64,000 nucleotides of DNA from Octopus vulgaris (lineage: Eukaryota): contig OX597817.1 in the NCBI GenBank assembly GCA_951406725.2, positions 30,752,001 through 30,816,000 of the forward strand, in the 5' to 3' direction. The notes beneath the pieces were generated by a model. It saw nothing but the letters and a program-made list of their open reading frames with translations. It searched no databases and was not told where the DNA came from. Made by a program: the position numbers and the translations under genes. This document shows, in pieces, positions 1 through 13,542 of this stretch (position 1 is its first letter; the number at the start of each line of letters is the position of its first letter).

Positions 1-63
1 CATGCATAGTAAAGTTCAAGGTCAATCAGTGCCAAGCGGCTTCACTCTGCATGCTTTAGCTTC

Positions 64-77
64 GTTACTATGGCAAC
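64..77. promoter_or_regulatory. RFX X-box-like palindromic motif
   Basis: GTTACTATGGCAAC matches the X-box pattern GTTNCYATGGNAAC. Motif only, no functional context. Confidence 0.25.
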
Positions 78-111
78 AGTTCTGATGTTTATTGATCAGG
101 CCTCGTATGTG

Positions 112-207
112 TCATCATCACCATTTAACATTCATTTTCCATGCTGGCATGGGTTGGACAATCTGACAGGAGCAGACAAGCTGAAGAGCTGCATTAGGCT
201 CCAATTG
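112..207 (-). mobile_element. RTE-tail repeat fragment (family B)
   Basis: catcatca..tttaacattcattttccatgctggcatgggttggac is the reverse complement of the (GAT)n-ending tail seen at 2669-3437. Confidence 0.7.
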
Positions 208-1740
208 TTTGTTTGTTTTGGTATGGTGTGTATGTGCGCATGTATATAAGTGTATGTCTGTGTGCATGTGTTTGTTTGAGTTATTGTGTATTTCCTATGT
301 TTGCTGCTTTGTAAACAAAGATTCCCTAAACAGTATCATTCATTTCCAATTCCAGACTGTTAGTTGTTCAGCAGACTGGGAAATTATTACCTCACTTGGA
401 AACAGGTGGCAGCATTTGATATATATATAGCATCAAAATTTTAAACTTACACTGTGTCTCAATTAGTCTTGATATTAAATTCTAGATTTTTGTAGCGAAC
501 TTTTAGTGTGAAGAGTTACACTCCCAATATTTGGTATTCTCATTTTATTGCAATGTATCAAATTTTTGGTTCTTCTTCCTGAGTTTATTCAGCATCAAAA
601 TCATATTCTACAATATTGTATAATATTTCCTGAACAATCACAACTTACTTTTGAAAAATGTTGCTCAATTTTAAATGACTGCATTCCTATATTTAAAAAA
701 AAAATGGTGTAGTTTTAAACAATTTCTCAAGTCTAAATAGCAAAATTAATTTATTATCCCATCTTATCTGTTGATGCTTAGCTTCCATACTTTTTCTATG
801 TTTTATTTTTGAGAGGGTGTAATTTTTTTCTGCTATGAACGAACAACATAGGTCATACTTTCCATTCCTCTTTCTTACTTTGCATATGCTCACTTTATCC
901 TCTTGAAAATTCCAATGTATTCAAGTGATTCCCTTTCACTTTGAATTTTCACTTTTAATGCAGAAATTTTATCATGGAATTCTAAATTTCTGATTTATTT
1001 TATGTATTTATTTATATATTTCTTTTATGGAAGCTTCATCCGATTATATTAATTATATTAAAAGGTTGTCATGTTCTGTGTTTTTAATTAGTCATTTTGA
1101 TATTATATTGTGTATTTTTATTTCTGCTAGTAAGTTATTATTAATTGATAGCTTTGAAAGTTAATCTGTGCCTGTCATGTCATATGATTAAATTTTCTGT
1201 ATTCTCTCTATATATTATCTTTAGCATCTGATACTTCTTGCTTGAAGTCTTTGAAAGAATTATCAGTAAAATTAGCTAAGTATAAATCTTTATTTTATTC
1301 ATTTCCTTTCTTAACTGGTTGGATCTGCATTCTTGATGTGATTTTAATTTCTCTTTTAATTACAATATTCTCTTATTTTGAAAATCATAGTTTTCTGTTT
1401 TATACAAGCTACTGCTAGTAACATTTACAATATTTCTGTGCCAAGACACAATAAATAATTTATTAAGGATAGGCTGGCAGTAATACATTTCCTTTCATTA
1501 AACAGGAAACATTTTATGCAATTATCAAGCAAGAAGGATAGTACCTATGAGATTTTTGCTAAATTTTCAAGTCTGGTAGATGAAAGAAGGAAGGAAATCA
1601 CTACTCACAGATTCTCCTCAAACAGGAGATAGAATGTAAAAGCTTATATCAAGGGTGGATTTTGTAAAAAGGAACAGGGGTCTGGAGGTAATGTTGAACT
1701 GGAAGTTAGATGAAGTTAACCATTCAAAGATTATTTCTTA

Positions 1741-1938
1741 TACTCTTTTACTGTTTCAGTCGTTTGATTGTGGCCATGCTGGAGCACCACCTTTAATCAA
1801 GCAAATCAACCCCAGGACTTATTCTTTGTAAGCCTTGTACTTATTCTATTGGTGTCTTTTGCTGAACCGCTAAGTTACGGGGATGTAAACACCAGCATCG
1901 GTTGTCAAGCGATGTTGAGGGGGACAAAGATACACAAA

Positions 1939-1987
<49 letters not shown>

Positions 1988-2160
1988 GAACATATATACG
2001 ACGGGCTTCTTTCAGTTTCCATCTCCCAAATCCACTCACAAGGCTTTGGTCAGCCTGAGGCTATAGTAGAAAACACTTGCCTAAGGCGCCATGCAGTGGG
2101 ACTGAACCCAGAACCATGTGATTGGTAAGCAAGCTACTTACCACACAGCCACTCCTACAG
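1741..2160 (-). mobile_element. tRNA-derived SINE, family A
   Basis: Minus-strand head with A box TGGCTGTGTGG and B box GTTCAGTCCC, central CA/TA microsatellite and AAAAGAGTA tail; about 12 copies in the window. Confidence 0.9.
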
Positions 2161-2668
2161 CTATATATAAGATGTATCAAACATTGGTTTACAAAGAGTA
2201 TATTTTATGCTTCAAGATATTTTTATATTTCTCGGATATAGAAGCTTTATGGTTCAGTAACTTTGCCAATAATTAAATGTGGGAACTGTCTTGGTTTCAT
2301 GAACACTTTCACTACAAATCTACTTGAGGACTGCCTCTGATCCTGACATCCAAAATCTTTCAGTTTCAAACTGTCATATTAAAACTAAAACATTCCATCA
2401 TAATTTTATGCAAGAACCTTTGCATGTATTCCAAACACCAACTTGATAAAGGAAAATGTTAGTTATTAAATTCTTTCAGATTCTTAATTAGTTTCAAAGA
2501 TAATTGGAACACATAAGCAATTTGTATTGTTAGGAACTGGATTAAAATAAGACGGTTAATCAGATTGTTTTTGTTAGAATAAGAATCATTGCCAGACACA
2601 TATTGTTGTGTAACATATTAGCTTTTCCAAAGGAAAAGGCTTTACTTTTCCTTCTGTCAACTATTAAC

Positions 2669-3437
2669 ATAGAGAATTAGTGGTTGAGAGAACCTGTGGA
2701 AGAGGTAGACCCAGGAAAACCTGGGATGAGCTGGTGAAGAACGACCTTCGCGCTTTAGGTCTCACCGAGGAAATGACCAGAGACCGAGACCTTTGGAAGT
2801 ATGCTGTGCGCGAGAAGACCCGGCAGGACAAGTGAGGCCATAACCCATGGCCCCTACCTGGGACGTAGTCAGTCCACCTGTGCATACCTTCCTTCTTGGG
2901 ACACATAACTCTACTTGTGAAGACCTGTTGAGGCAAGTGAAAATCAAATCAAATCAAAATTGATGAACATCAATGGAATTTGTATTTTTGTGGAACCAGT
3001 GCCGGTGGCACATAAGAAAACCATCCGAACGTGGCCGTAGCCAGTACCGCATCGACTGGCCTCCGTGCTGTGGGCACGTAACAAACACCATCCAATCGTG
3101 GCCGTGTCAGCCTGGCCTGGCCTCCGTGCCGGTGGCACGTAAAAAACACCATCCGAGCATGGCCGTTCGCCAGCCTCGTCTGGCACCTGTGTCGGTGGCA
3201 CAAAAAAAACACCATCCGAGCGTGGCCGTTCGCCAGCCTCGTCTGGCACCTGCACCTGTGTCGGTGGCACATAAAAAGCACCCACTACACTCACGGAGTG
3301 GTTGGCATTAGGAAGGGCATCCAGCCGTAGAAACACTGCCAGATCGGACTGGGCCTGATGCAGCCTTCTGGCTTCACAGACACCAGTTGAACCGTCCAAC
3401 CCATGCTAGCATGGAAAGCGGACGCTAAATGATGATG
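2669..3437 (+). mobile_element. 5'-truncated RTE-clade LINE: ORF C-terminus plus 3' UTR ending in (GAT)n (family B)
   Basis: 2669-2835 translates RELVVERTCGRGRPRKTWDELVKNDLRALGLTEEMTRDRDLWKYAVREKTRQDK*, the typical RTE end motif. The UTR has internal ~60-bp repeats, and the same tail occurs in more than 15 places. Confidence 0.85.
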
Positions 3438-3469
3438 ATTATTATCATCATCATCATCATCATCATTAT

Positions 3470-3690
3470 TATTATTAAGGTGTTGTGCTAGAAGAATTGT
3501 TAGTGCATTGGACAAAATGCTTCACAACAATTCTTCCTGCTCTTTATGCTCTTAGTTCATATTCCACCAAGGTCGACTTTGCCTCTCATCCTTTCAAGAT
3601 TGATAGAATAAGTTCCTAGTGAGCACTAACAACAATGTAATCAACTTTCTCTTTCCTAAAATTGCTGGCCTTGTGCCAAAATTAAAAAGA
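3470..3690 (+). mobile_element. Degenerate SINE, family C
   Basis: ccaaggtcgactttgcctctcatcctttc core shared with 24008-24245. Confidence 0.7.
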
Positions 3691-6167
3691 ATTGTCATCA
3701 TCATCGTCATCGTTGTCATTGTTGTGTGTTGTGTATACATGTATTTGAGACAGCTCTACAACACTTAGAATTTTTTCCAAAATTTATTTGGAGGAAAGAT
3801 ATTTTCTTTGTTTTATTTTGTAAATAAAGGTCCTTGAATTATCTAGACACCTACCCCTATTACTTGAAGTAGAGAAAAGATTCGATTTTTTCAACGTTTA
3901 TAATACTTTTTGGAAAAAAAAAGAATCTTGTTTACAAGTAATTTAGTGTAACTTCCTCTGGGGGAACAGATTGAGTTAGTAGCAGCAAATAAGATAATGG
4001 TAAACTTCCAAAGAAAATGGCTTGCAGTAGTTACAGTCCTTTAGGTAACTAAATACTACAATGCCTTGGTTGTACATGGATGCCCCTTCTAACAGCAACC
4101 ACTTTACAGAGTATATGGGAAGAATTTTAGCATGGCTTCAGGACTTGTGGCATTGTCTTTTACCCTGTGAAATTAGAGAATCTTCACTACTCCATGATGT
4201 GTCTATTTAATAGAAGAAAGTAATGATTGAAGAATGAAAATGAGAGGAGAACAAAATAAGAGTATACATCTTGTATTTATGCATCTATATAGGATTATAT
4301 ACATCTTCTCCACCACTTCCTAAAAATTACTGAAATATGTTCTCACAGTTAAAATTTGATAGGAAAAGTTGATAGTCCTAATCAGATATTATCAAAATTA
4401 TTATCTGATGGTGCTGTTCAGCTTTCAGTTCTGAAAAGTGCAATTCATACTTAATTTAAACACAGACATAATGCATTTGATCCTTATATCAGATCTGATT
4501 TGGAATATGTATCATCAGATGTGTTCCAACGGTGGCCTGTGTTTTACTTCTTTTTTTAAAGGAAGATAAAATGTATTCTAGAAAATCTGGCAGAATTTGG
4601 AAGAGACACTCCTCCTGTGCTGAAAAAGTGAATTTGCAGATTTTTTCTGCTGAATATTGTTCAAGAAACAATTTTCAGAAAGTCATGAGTGGAGAAGCAA
4701 AATAGGGTGTGTACACTGAAGCAGAGCAGTGGGAATCAAAGAAACTGAATTTGTTAGATAATCTTTTTTTACTAAATAATAATCTCCTATGTATAAAACA
4801 TAAAATTCAGAAAAGAATTTTTACAGAAAATGAAATTATTGCCAGTTGTATATTCTAATCTGTAAAATAAAAAGTTTGGGAAAATTAAGTTTAAAAGAAA
4901 ATTATTTTATTTTTTGCAGATATTTTCGAAATAAAATAATATGAACAAGTAATGAATGAGAGCATTTATTCTGAAACACTACCCATTACCCATTGTCTAT
5001 TTTATATAAAATAATTGCTGTATCTTATAACTCAAAGATAGAAGAAAGTACATTCATGACATGAATATGCACAAAAGGAATTTTGTAAATCTATCATAAT
5101 GATGACAGTATCCATATGCAGCCCATTGAATCTCGCTGGAGGAGAGATAAAAAGATATTAAGGAACCAATGTAATTAATTACTTTTTACAAATGTACATG
5201 AAGGAATTTATGTAGAGAGAATGGATGGGGTAGCAAAAATTTACAAGGGTATAATTGTGGTTTTCATATGGTGACAGACAAGTATCCATCCTAATTTTTA
5301 ATTATTTTACATTAAATTATCATGAATTGCATTAAATTTTGTAAATATTTATTTTTATTCTTTTATATTTGCGGGGAGATTTTAATTTGAATATTGCTGC
5401 ATATGCAAAAATTGAAAATTGAATCAGAGGCCAAGCAATATTTTTGAAAAATTTCTGATTTGTGCTCTTCTAATGCATATTAGCTCTTTTATAATAAAAG
5501 TGACAGAAGATAATATTGTCTAAAATACATTTTGACTTTAAAAGGACATGATGGTCATGGTTGGAAAATTTTGGATTACAGATTTTTAATATGAAGGCTG
5601 ATGTGAGCTTAAACATAACTCAGTCTTGGGACATGAATGTGAATTACACGTGTTAAAAATTGGAATTTTTAATCAGATGAATGCCAGGTTTTATGGCTGC
5701 ATGCTTTTCCTGTTTCCATTCTCACCTGTTTTTCAAGTAAAGATTTTTATTCATTCCAAAAGTCTTTAAAGCACAGAGCAACCAACTGTAATATCAGCAA
5801 ACAATGTAAACATCACCACTTTATTCAAATAGTTAAGACTGAAATATTTACATTCACACACACAAGCACCAAGGTGTCACATAAAGAGCATTGGTGTGGG
5901 TGCTGGTGCTGCATAAAAAGCACCCAGTACACTCTGTGAAGTCGCTGGTGTTAGGAAGGGCATCTAGCTGTGGAAACCTTGCCAAAACACACTATGGAAC
6001 CCGGTGTGGCCCCCCTGGCATGGGTTGAATAGATGTTAAATGTTGATCTTAGTGATGATGATGTGCACACACACATACAAACATCTTCTCCACCAAAAAC
6101 TATATCAATTATTACTGCTCTAAAGTTTTAAAGAGTGCTTCTTTTTAGACATATGAACTACTGACCA

Positions 6168-6215
<48 letters not shown>

Positions 6216-6355
6216 TATTGTATTAAATTAGAGATAAAACCACTATTAGGCAAATCAAACAATGAAAAACTTAAGCCAATACATAAAATTAATTAATTTA
6301 TATTATTTTAAATATATATCAAAAGTATTAAAAGTTTAATAAAAGATAATGAGTA

Positions 6356-6428
6356 AAACACTACGATCGTTTCATGGCTGTCCAATTCGTAATAATTCGA
6401 GTTATGGTTACAGTCAATCTTCAGGTAA
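6356..6428 (-). ncRNA. Type I hammerhead ribozyme in a PLE-like remnant
   Basis: Minus strand: CUGAAGA U UGACUGU..ACAGCCA U GAAA CGAUCG UA. Stem III is palindromic (ACGAUCGU) and stem I is weak. The element starts right after (TA)n at 6212. Confidence 0.7.
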
Positions 6429-6746
6429 TTGAAATATTTATCTTATGTATGGGTTCAGTAATTCCTTGATGAACAACCACACAGATAATTTGTTTATAGT
6501 GAAAAAATGTTTGTGTAGATATAACCTCACTCCTTCCATGAAATTGACATTACTTGTACAGGTGCAATGGGTTCCACATGTCAGATAATAAAATGATCAC
6601 AGAGCAATGTGAAATGAAGTGCTTTGCTCAAGAACACAACACAACAACTGGTCTGGGAATTGAACCCACGATCTCGCAGTCATGAGCACAACACCCTGAA
6701 CACTAAGGCATGCACCTTCATATAAATGTATATATATATATATATA

Positions 6747-7043
6747 AAGCACCATTCAAGCGTGGGTCAATGCAGGTGCCACCTGACTGGCTGCTCGTGC
6801 TTGTAGCACATAAAAAGCTCCATCCAAACATAGTTGATGCCAGTGCCACCTGACTGGCTCCCATGCCGGTGGCATGTGAAAAGCACCTGCTACACTCTTA
6901 GAGCGGTTGGCATTAGGAAGGGCATCCAGCTGTAGAAACCTTGTTAGATCAGATTGGAGCCTGGTGCAGCCTACTGGCTTATTAGTCCCCAGGCAAACCG
7001 TTCAACCCATGCTAACATGGAAAACAGACTTTGAACGACGATA
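6747..7043 (+). mobile_element. RTE-tail repeat (family B)
   Basis: gcacctgctacactc..ggcattaggaagggcatccagctgtagaaac..ccatgctaacatggaaa. Confidence 0.8.
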
Positions 7044-7044
7044 A

Positions 7045-7443
7045 TCTTTATATATAAAAGTAAGGTTGTGTGTCTGTCTCCTACGATTTAGATTCCTAAC
7101 TACTCCCACATTTTGCGGTGCAGTTTAACCAAAACCGGGTATCTTATAGTCGTAATTCATATCGAGCCCTTCTGGGTATTAGCACGCGTCTGTGATGAGT
7201 CTACGATTTAAAAATAATTTACCATCATTTTTTTCCATTTTAATGCATTTTTTCGCTATTATATAAGGGAAGTAACTCTCTAAAAATGTCTACGATGAGT
7301 CAACGATTTAAAAAAAAATTTACCATCATTTTTTTTCCATTTTTAATGCATTTTTTTGCTATATATTTTGGCTATAACTCTCTAAAAATGCTTATATAGT
7401 TATTTCCCTTACAAACCCGAGCAACGCCATGTGATACTGCTAG
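7045..7443 (+). mobile_element. Non-autonomous Helitron
   Basis: 5' TC(TTTATATATAAAAG) and 3' CTAG, inserted between A and T with no TSD. Degenerate subterminal hairpin cccgagcaacgcc. Internal ~95-bp duplication (about 7198-7290 and 7290-7390). Confidence 0.75.
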
Positions 7444-8567
7444 TGATATATATAAATATATATGTTAATGTACACATGCACACACATGAGTTGTCACTCT
7501 TACCAAAACTATTTCCTCTTTTATTATTATCTATAACTCTTTACCACTATACACTCTTGCAATTTTCTGCAATCCTCATTCTTCTTCAATCATCATTCTC
7601 ACTTCTACTCACCTACTCAGACACATAACCTTATGTGAAGTGAGGATCCTCTAGCCGTATATGTGACAAAACAGCCTCACTTGCAGATTACTTACCTGAA
7701 ATTAATTGCATATTTTTGTGTGTCTGTATCTGTGTATGTACATGTGTGGCTGTGTATGTATCACAAGAAATAACTGCCTTAAAGTAAACTTGGACATAAT
7801 ACAATATAATCTAAATAATGTTAAAATAGAATTATTTTAAATCTGTAATTCATAATAACAAATGGTAATAAAAAATAAATAAATAGTATAATGAAAATGT
7901 ATAGTTTGCTATTTGTCTTGTTGACACCTGATATTAATTTTTGCACCATTTCAAGTAAAAGACTGTCTATACCATTGTCTTTATGAAACAGTTTTACGTG
8001 GGCTACAGATTTAATTGAGAAGTGGAAGCCAGTTATTAAAAACAAATATTTTATTAAAGAGTCTCAGATTATTTGTTAGAATATGTATCTTATCTGAATC
8101 TTTTGGTGTTGATCATTTGTTATGCTTCTAGCCTCTTCTAAAAATTACATGACTTCAGCTAAGTGCAATTTTAATAAAGCAATCTCAGTTAAAGATTACA
8201 ATAACATGGGAATATGATTCATATACGCATTTTAAATTGTTTAAAATTATTTCTAATATATAAATTAGATATTTTTGGAAATGTAGATATTTCGGAGTAA
8301 ATCTTAAATGATGTGGAATTGAACGTTATAGCATCAACTATCTAGTACATCTACTCCTTTTTTCTATACTAAATGAGCTTATTCTATGAGTCACTCTGTT
8401 GGTAACCAGATATGCTATTTTTAACTGTTAAATTACCTCCAAGGGAAATAATTTATTGGATGAAGTCGAATGTTAGCAAATATATTGATTTATAATACAC
8501 AGATGATAAATAAAACATTTGTTTTGTTTTTTATTTCCATAGAGCATTTATAAAATTGTAGTGCTTT

Positions 8568-8606
<39 letters not shown>

Positions 8607-8768
8607 TGCATGTATGTATGTATATATATATATATGAATGTATGTATGTATATATATATGTATATGAATGTATATATGTATGTATATGTATATATATATA
8701 TATACGTATATGTATATATATATGTATATATACATACATTCATATATATATATATATGTATGTATTTG

Positions 8769-8833
<65 letters not shown>

Positions 8834-9630
8834 ATGTATATATATATACACACACACACACATACATATATTTATTTTTTAATGCATATTTATACTTTCT
8901 CTTGCATATTTTCCAACTATTTCTCTTCAAATCTGGTATTTATCATGTGTTTTAACTTATTTTTGAAATGCCATTCGTTCTGAATATAAAGATTCCCAGC
9001 AGATGAACAATGTTTGCAAACAACAAGTAAGTGAAACCAATTTTGATAGTAGCCTGCTGCAGGAAGTATTTAGCTAGGTACAACTAAACTATAAAATATA
9101 CATTTATACATATTTTGAATTTCAGTAATATCTTAAAAAGGACCAAAAGCATTTCATGTCAAAATTTCATAACAACATATTACAAAACGTTTGCCGTAAC
9201 AAAGTTAAAGTACAAATCCACATTGAGTTAACATCAAGGGATTGAATCTTGTTGATAGCATTAAGGAAAAAAATTTAGTCTTATACAGGGCTCAAAGAAA
9301 CTCAGCCAGGAGCGTTCTAGCAATTTCATGGGTAGGAAATCAATAAAATAATATATTAGTACATGGGATAGCTGTAAAGGTATTTTTCAAAACTGTTCAA
9401 AGTATATTTTTACTGGTTTGTGTTAGTGAGCTGTGGCCAATCTATCTCACCTGAATAATTTCCTTTTAAGTATTTTAATTTTATCATATTACGGAGATGT
9501 ACTCGCATAGCAAGTGATTTGATCTGAGATCGTGTGCTGAAACGAAAACAATTGCAGCGTGGAAGGTGTTTGTAAGCCATTTAAGAAACACACAAAAGCC
9601 GTTCGATTCACTTCAACATTTAAGTTTAAT

Positions 9631-9678
9631 TTGTCAAAATATTTTCGTCGCTAAAATCCGCGACCTGTTCACTGACAA
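9631..9678 (-). ncRNA. Type I hammerhead ribozyme, G3-C8 core variant
   Basis: UUGUCA GUGAACA G GUCGC ggauuuua GCGAC GAAA AUAU UU UGACAA. Stems I and II pair fully; stem III is the palindrome AAUAUU. Confidence 0.75.
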
Positions 9679-9699
9679 AAATCCATGCAGCACGGACTT

Positions 9700-9747
9700 T
9701 TATCAGTGAACAGGTCACGGATTTTAGCGACGAAAATATTTTGACAA
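9700..9747 (+). ncRNA. Type I hammerhead ribozyme, G3-C8 variant (mirror copy)
   Basis: Same fold on the opposite arm, with one mismatch in stem I and one in stem II. Confidence 0.65.
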
Positions 9748-10392
9748 ATTAAACTTAAATGTTGAAGTGAATCGAACAGCATTTGTGTGTTTCTTAAATG
9801 GCTTACAAACACCTTCCACACTGCAATAATTTTATCATATCAATCCCAGTAAGCTATTTCTGTTATCAGTCTAAATTTGGTGGATTATCAAGTTAATCTT
9901 TTGTATCTACATCAGTTTGTGTATCTGGAAACATATATATACTCTATATACAGTTTGCATTGCTGGAGATCCCCTTCATCGGCTGTCAACCAGAGAGCAC
10001 AATGATGTTGGCACCTACAGATAGTATAACATTTTACAGTGCTACCAAGCAGCATTGATGTTATTAAGTAATATCCGTGTTATTTCAGCTCAGATTGTAG
10101 AACATATTTTTTCTTTTCTCATTTATACAGCAACCACACCAAATCAAATGCATCTGGAGTCACTCAAACTCTGCAGCAACTATTCACAAATACACATGCA
10201 AATATGCTTGTGTGTATATGTGCATTAATGTCACTGCTTTAAAGTGCTTTTCAGATTGACAACTGAGCATTTACAGATGGTATGGCTCTATATTCAGATT
10301 AGAGTAAAATTTATTGTAAATATTGAATTGACTGAGACTTTGCAATACATACATAATGCCTATATAAATATATGTATCTGTGTACGGAAGTG

Positions 10393-10932
<540 letters not shown>

Positions 10933-10943
10933 ATATTGTTAGT

Positions 10944-10999
<56 letters not shown>

Positions 11000-11562
11000 A
11001 CATCATCATCATCATTTTAACATCCATTCTTCTATGTTTGCATGGGTCAGATAGAGCTTATAGAAGTAGATTTTCTATGGCTGGGTGCCCTACAAATATA
11101 GACATGACAGGCTTCTTTCAGTCACCATCTTCCAAATTCACTTACAAACTTTTGGTTGACATGGAACTATTGCAGAAAACACTTGTCCAACATACTACAA
11201 TGGGACTGAATCCAGAACCATATTGTTGGGATACAAACTCATACATATTAACATATATATATATACATGTATAATACATATATATATATATGATATATAT
11301 ATATATATATATACAGTAGCAAGCAAAAAATGAGAATGATTAATATTTTTTAAAATTTCGGATAAACTAGTAAACGCACAAATTCACAATTGGTTTCATA
11401 AATATGGTTAACCATTAGCTAAATTCTGTGAAAAATCTAAGTTTGTACAATGGTCTTAATAAAAGTTTGTAACACTAATACTAGATTTGTCCAAATGTCT
11501 CATGCAAAATAAGTAAATGATCAAACCAAAAAAATGTTTCAACTAACTCAAAACTATAATAA

Positions 11563-11852
11563 TCATCATCATCATCATCATCATCATTTAGCGTCCGCTT
11601 TCCATGCTAGCATGGGTTGGACGGTTCAACTGGGGTCTGTGAAGCCAGAAGGCTGCATCAGGCCCAGTCTGATCTGGCAGTGTTTCTATGGCTGGATGCC
11701 CTTCCTAACACCAACCACTCTGTGAGTGTAGTGGGTGCTTTTTACGTGCCACCCGCACAGGTGTCAGACGGAGCTGGCAAATGGCCACTAACGGATGGTG
11801 CTTTTACGTGCCACTGGCACGGGGGCCAGGCGAGGCTGGCAACGGCCACGAT
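11563..11852 (-). mobile_element. RTE-tail repeat (family B) nested in Tc1
   Basis: Near-identical to the reverse complement of 3200-3437. Confidence 0.85.
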
Positions 11853-11879
11853 TGAAAGAAATGTAAATATGAACTTAAT

Positions 11880-13068
11880 ATAGTTAGTGTGATGTTTGTA
11901 GACCTTTTCTGGAGATCACTTCAGCACATCGATTGCCACAGGACATAACAAGTTTCCTGCACAAGTCAAGTGTTACTTTCTTCCATTTCTCTTCCAATAT
12001 ATTCCATAAATTCATCGTAATAGTAGGTGCTTTTGTGTTACGTTGTCTCCAAATATCTTCCAAAGGTTTTCACTTGGATTTAAGTCTGGACTTTGTACTG
12101 GCCATTTCATTACTTGGATATCTTGTTCACTAAAACATCCAATGACACACTTTGCAGCATGACAGGGGGCATTATCTTTCCTGAAAAGGCACAGTTGATT
12201 CGGAAATGCTTGTAATGAAGAGATCACATACTGTTTAACCAAATTCAAATACATATTTTGGCATTAGGAAGGGCATCCAGCCGTAGAAACATTGCCAGAT
12301 CAGACTGGGCCTGGTACAGCCTTCTGGCTTCCCAGACCCCAGTTGCACCGTCCAACCCATGCCAGCATGGAAAGCGGACGCTAAACGATGATGATGATGA
12401 TGATGATGATGATATTAACATTAATAGTCCCTTTAATTTGCACTAGAGGGCTAATTCCTTCAGAAGAAATCATTCCCCACACCATGTTGCTTCCTTCTTC
12501 AAACTTGGCAGATTTCTTCAAGCACTTGGATTTTAGCCAATCTCCTGTGAAGCGCCTAACATATTGTCTACCATCTGAACCTACTAAATTGAATTTGCTT
12601 TCATCACTGAAATGAACTTTTGACCAATTTTCATCCCCCCCAGTTCACATGAGCTTCTGCAAATGAAAGTTTTTTTCCATTTTGTTCTTTTTGCTGATGG
12701 TAGGTTTCATTGCTAGGGAACAAGTCTTTAATCCAAATTCCTTCAGATGAAGAGATATTGCAAAGCAGCTCACTTCCATACCATTATTTACTTTTATTTT
12801 CTTAGAAATTCCAGCCGCAGTCTTGAATGGATCCTTCAATACATACTGTTTCATGGCTCGATCATCTCACATGGTGGTTTTGTGTGGTCTACCAGTTCCC
12901 TTTTTTTGGTTCAAAACTTTTAGTCTCTTCACAGAGCTTAAGAACACATGAAACTACACTCTTAGATCTCCTTATGTCTTGTGAAATAGTCAAGAGAGTC
13001 ATTCTTGAAACTTTCATACTGACAATTTCTTTTTGGAATTTGGAAGTAACTTTAGTGTGGTGTACCAT
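11880..13068 (-). pseudogene. Tc1 transposase pseudogene
   Basis: Fragments MVHHTKVTSK.., KVHFSDESKFNLVGSDG, DNAPCHAAK and WPVQSPDLNPSENLW; frameshifted and interrupted by an insertion. Confidence 0.9.
12258..12412 (+). mobile_element. RTE-tail repeat (family B) nested in the transposase
   Basis: ggcattaggaagggcatccagccgtagaaac..(GAT)n. Confidence 0.85.
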
Positions 13069-13374
13069 ATTTGGAAACTAGTACAATACTGAGACAGTAG
13101 TAACTTTGAGACTACAAATGTACAGAACGTTTGAAATTTCTGAAGGATAATCTAATTGTTCTCTTATTTTGTACACAAGACATTTGGATGAAACTAGTGT
13201 TAGTGTTATTGACTTTCATTACGACTATTGTACAAACTTAGATTTTTCAGAGAATTTAGCTCATGGTTAACTGTGTTTACAAAACCAATTACAAATTTTT
13301 ACGTTCACTAGCTTTCCCGACATTTAAAAATATATTAACCATTCTCTATTTTTGCTTGCTACTGTACATATACA

Positions 13375-13429
<55 letters not shown>

Positions 13430-13491
13430 GTATATATGAATTTTTTTTCCTAATGAGATAAAAAAAACCAAGGCTGAAAAGATTTTAGAAC

Positions 13492-13531
<40 letters not shown>

Positions 13532-13542
13532 CAAACATATAT

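Larger units (their letters stand above)
9490..9826. mobile_element. Palindromic HHR-bearing insertion (inverted pLTR-like) with 14-bp TSD
   Basis: Arms 9551-9688 and 9690-9827 are near-perfect reverse complements. TAATTTTATCATAT is duplicated at 9476-9489 and 9827-9840. A single-arm copy lies at 13543-13740. Confidence 0.9.
11314..13364 (-). mobile_element. Decayed Tc1/mariner (DD34E) DNA transposon with ~210-bp TIRs
   Basis: TA|CAGTAGCAAGCAAAAA ... TTTTTGCTTGCTACTG|TA. The TIRs align over about 11314-11525 and 13152-13364. Confidence 0.9.

Noticed and set aside
2944-3399. Recurring ORFs such as MDGSTGVCEARRLHQAQSDLAVFLRLDALPNANH and MTTDAGVFTSPSLSG
   Set aside because: Incidental frames in repeat families A and B, not host genes.
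8490-8983. Long YI/IY/HT/CV-rich ORFs here and at 18217-18561, 52848-53417, 54170-55253 and 58039-60557
   Set aside because: These are translations of TA/CA/TACA microsatellites, which lack stop codons.
9961-10000. atccccttcatcggctgt resembling miR-133
   Set aside because: Several mismatches including the seed, and no precursor hairpin seen.
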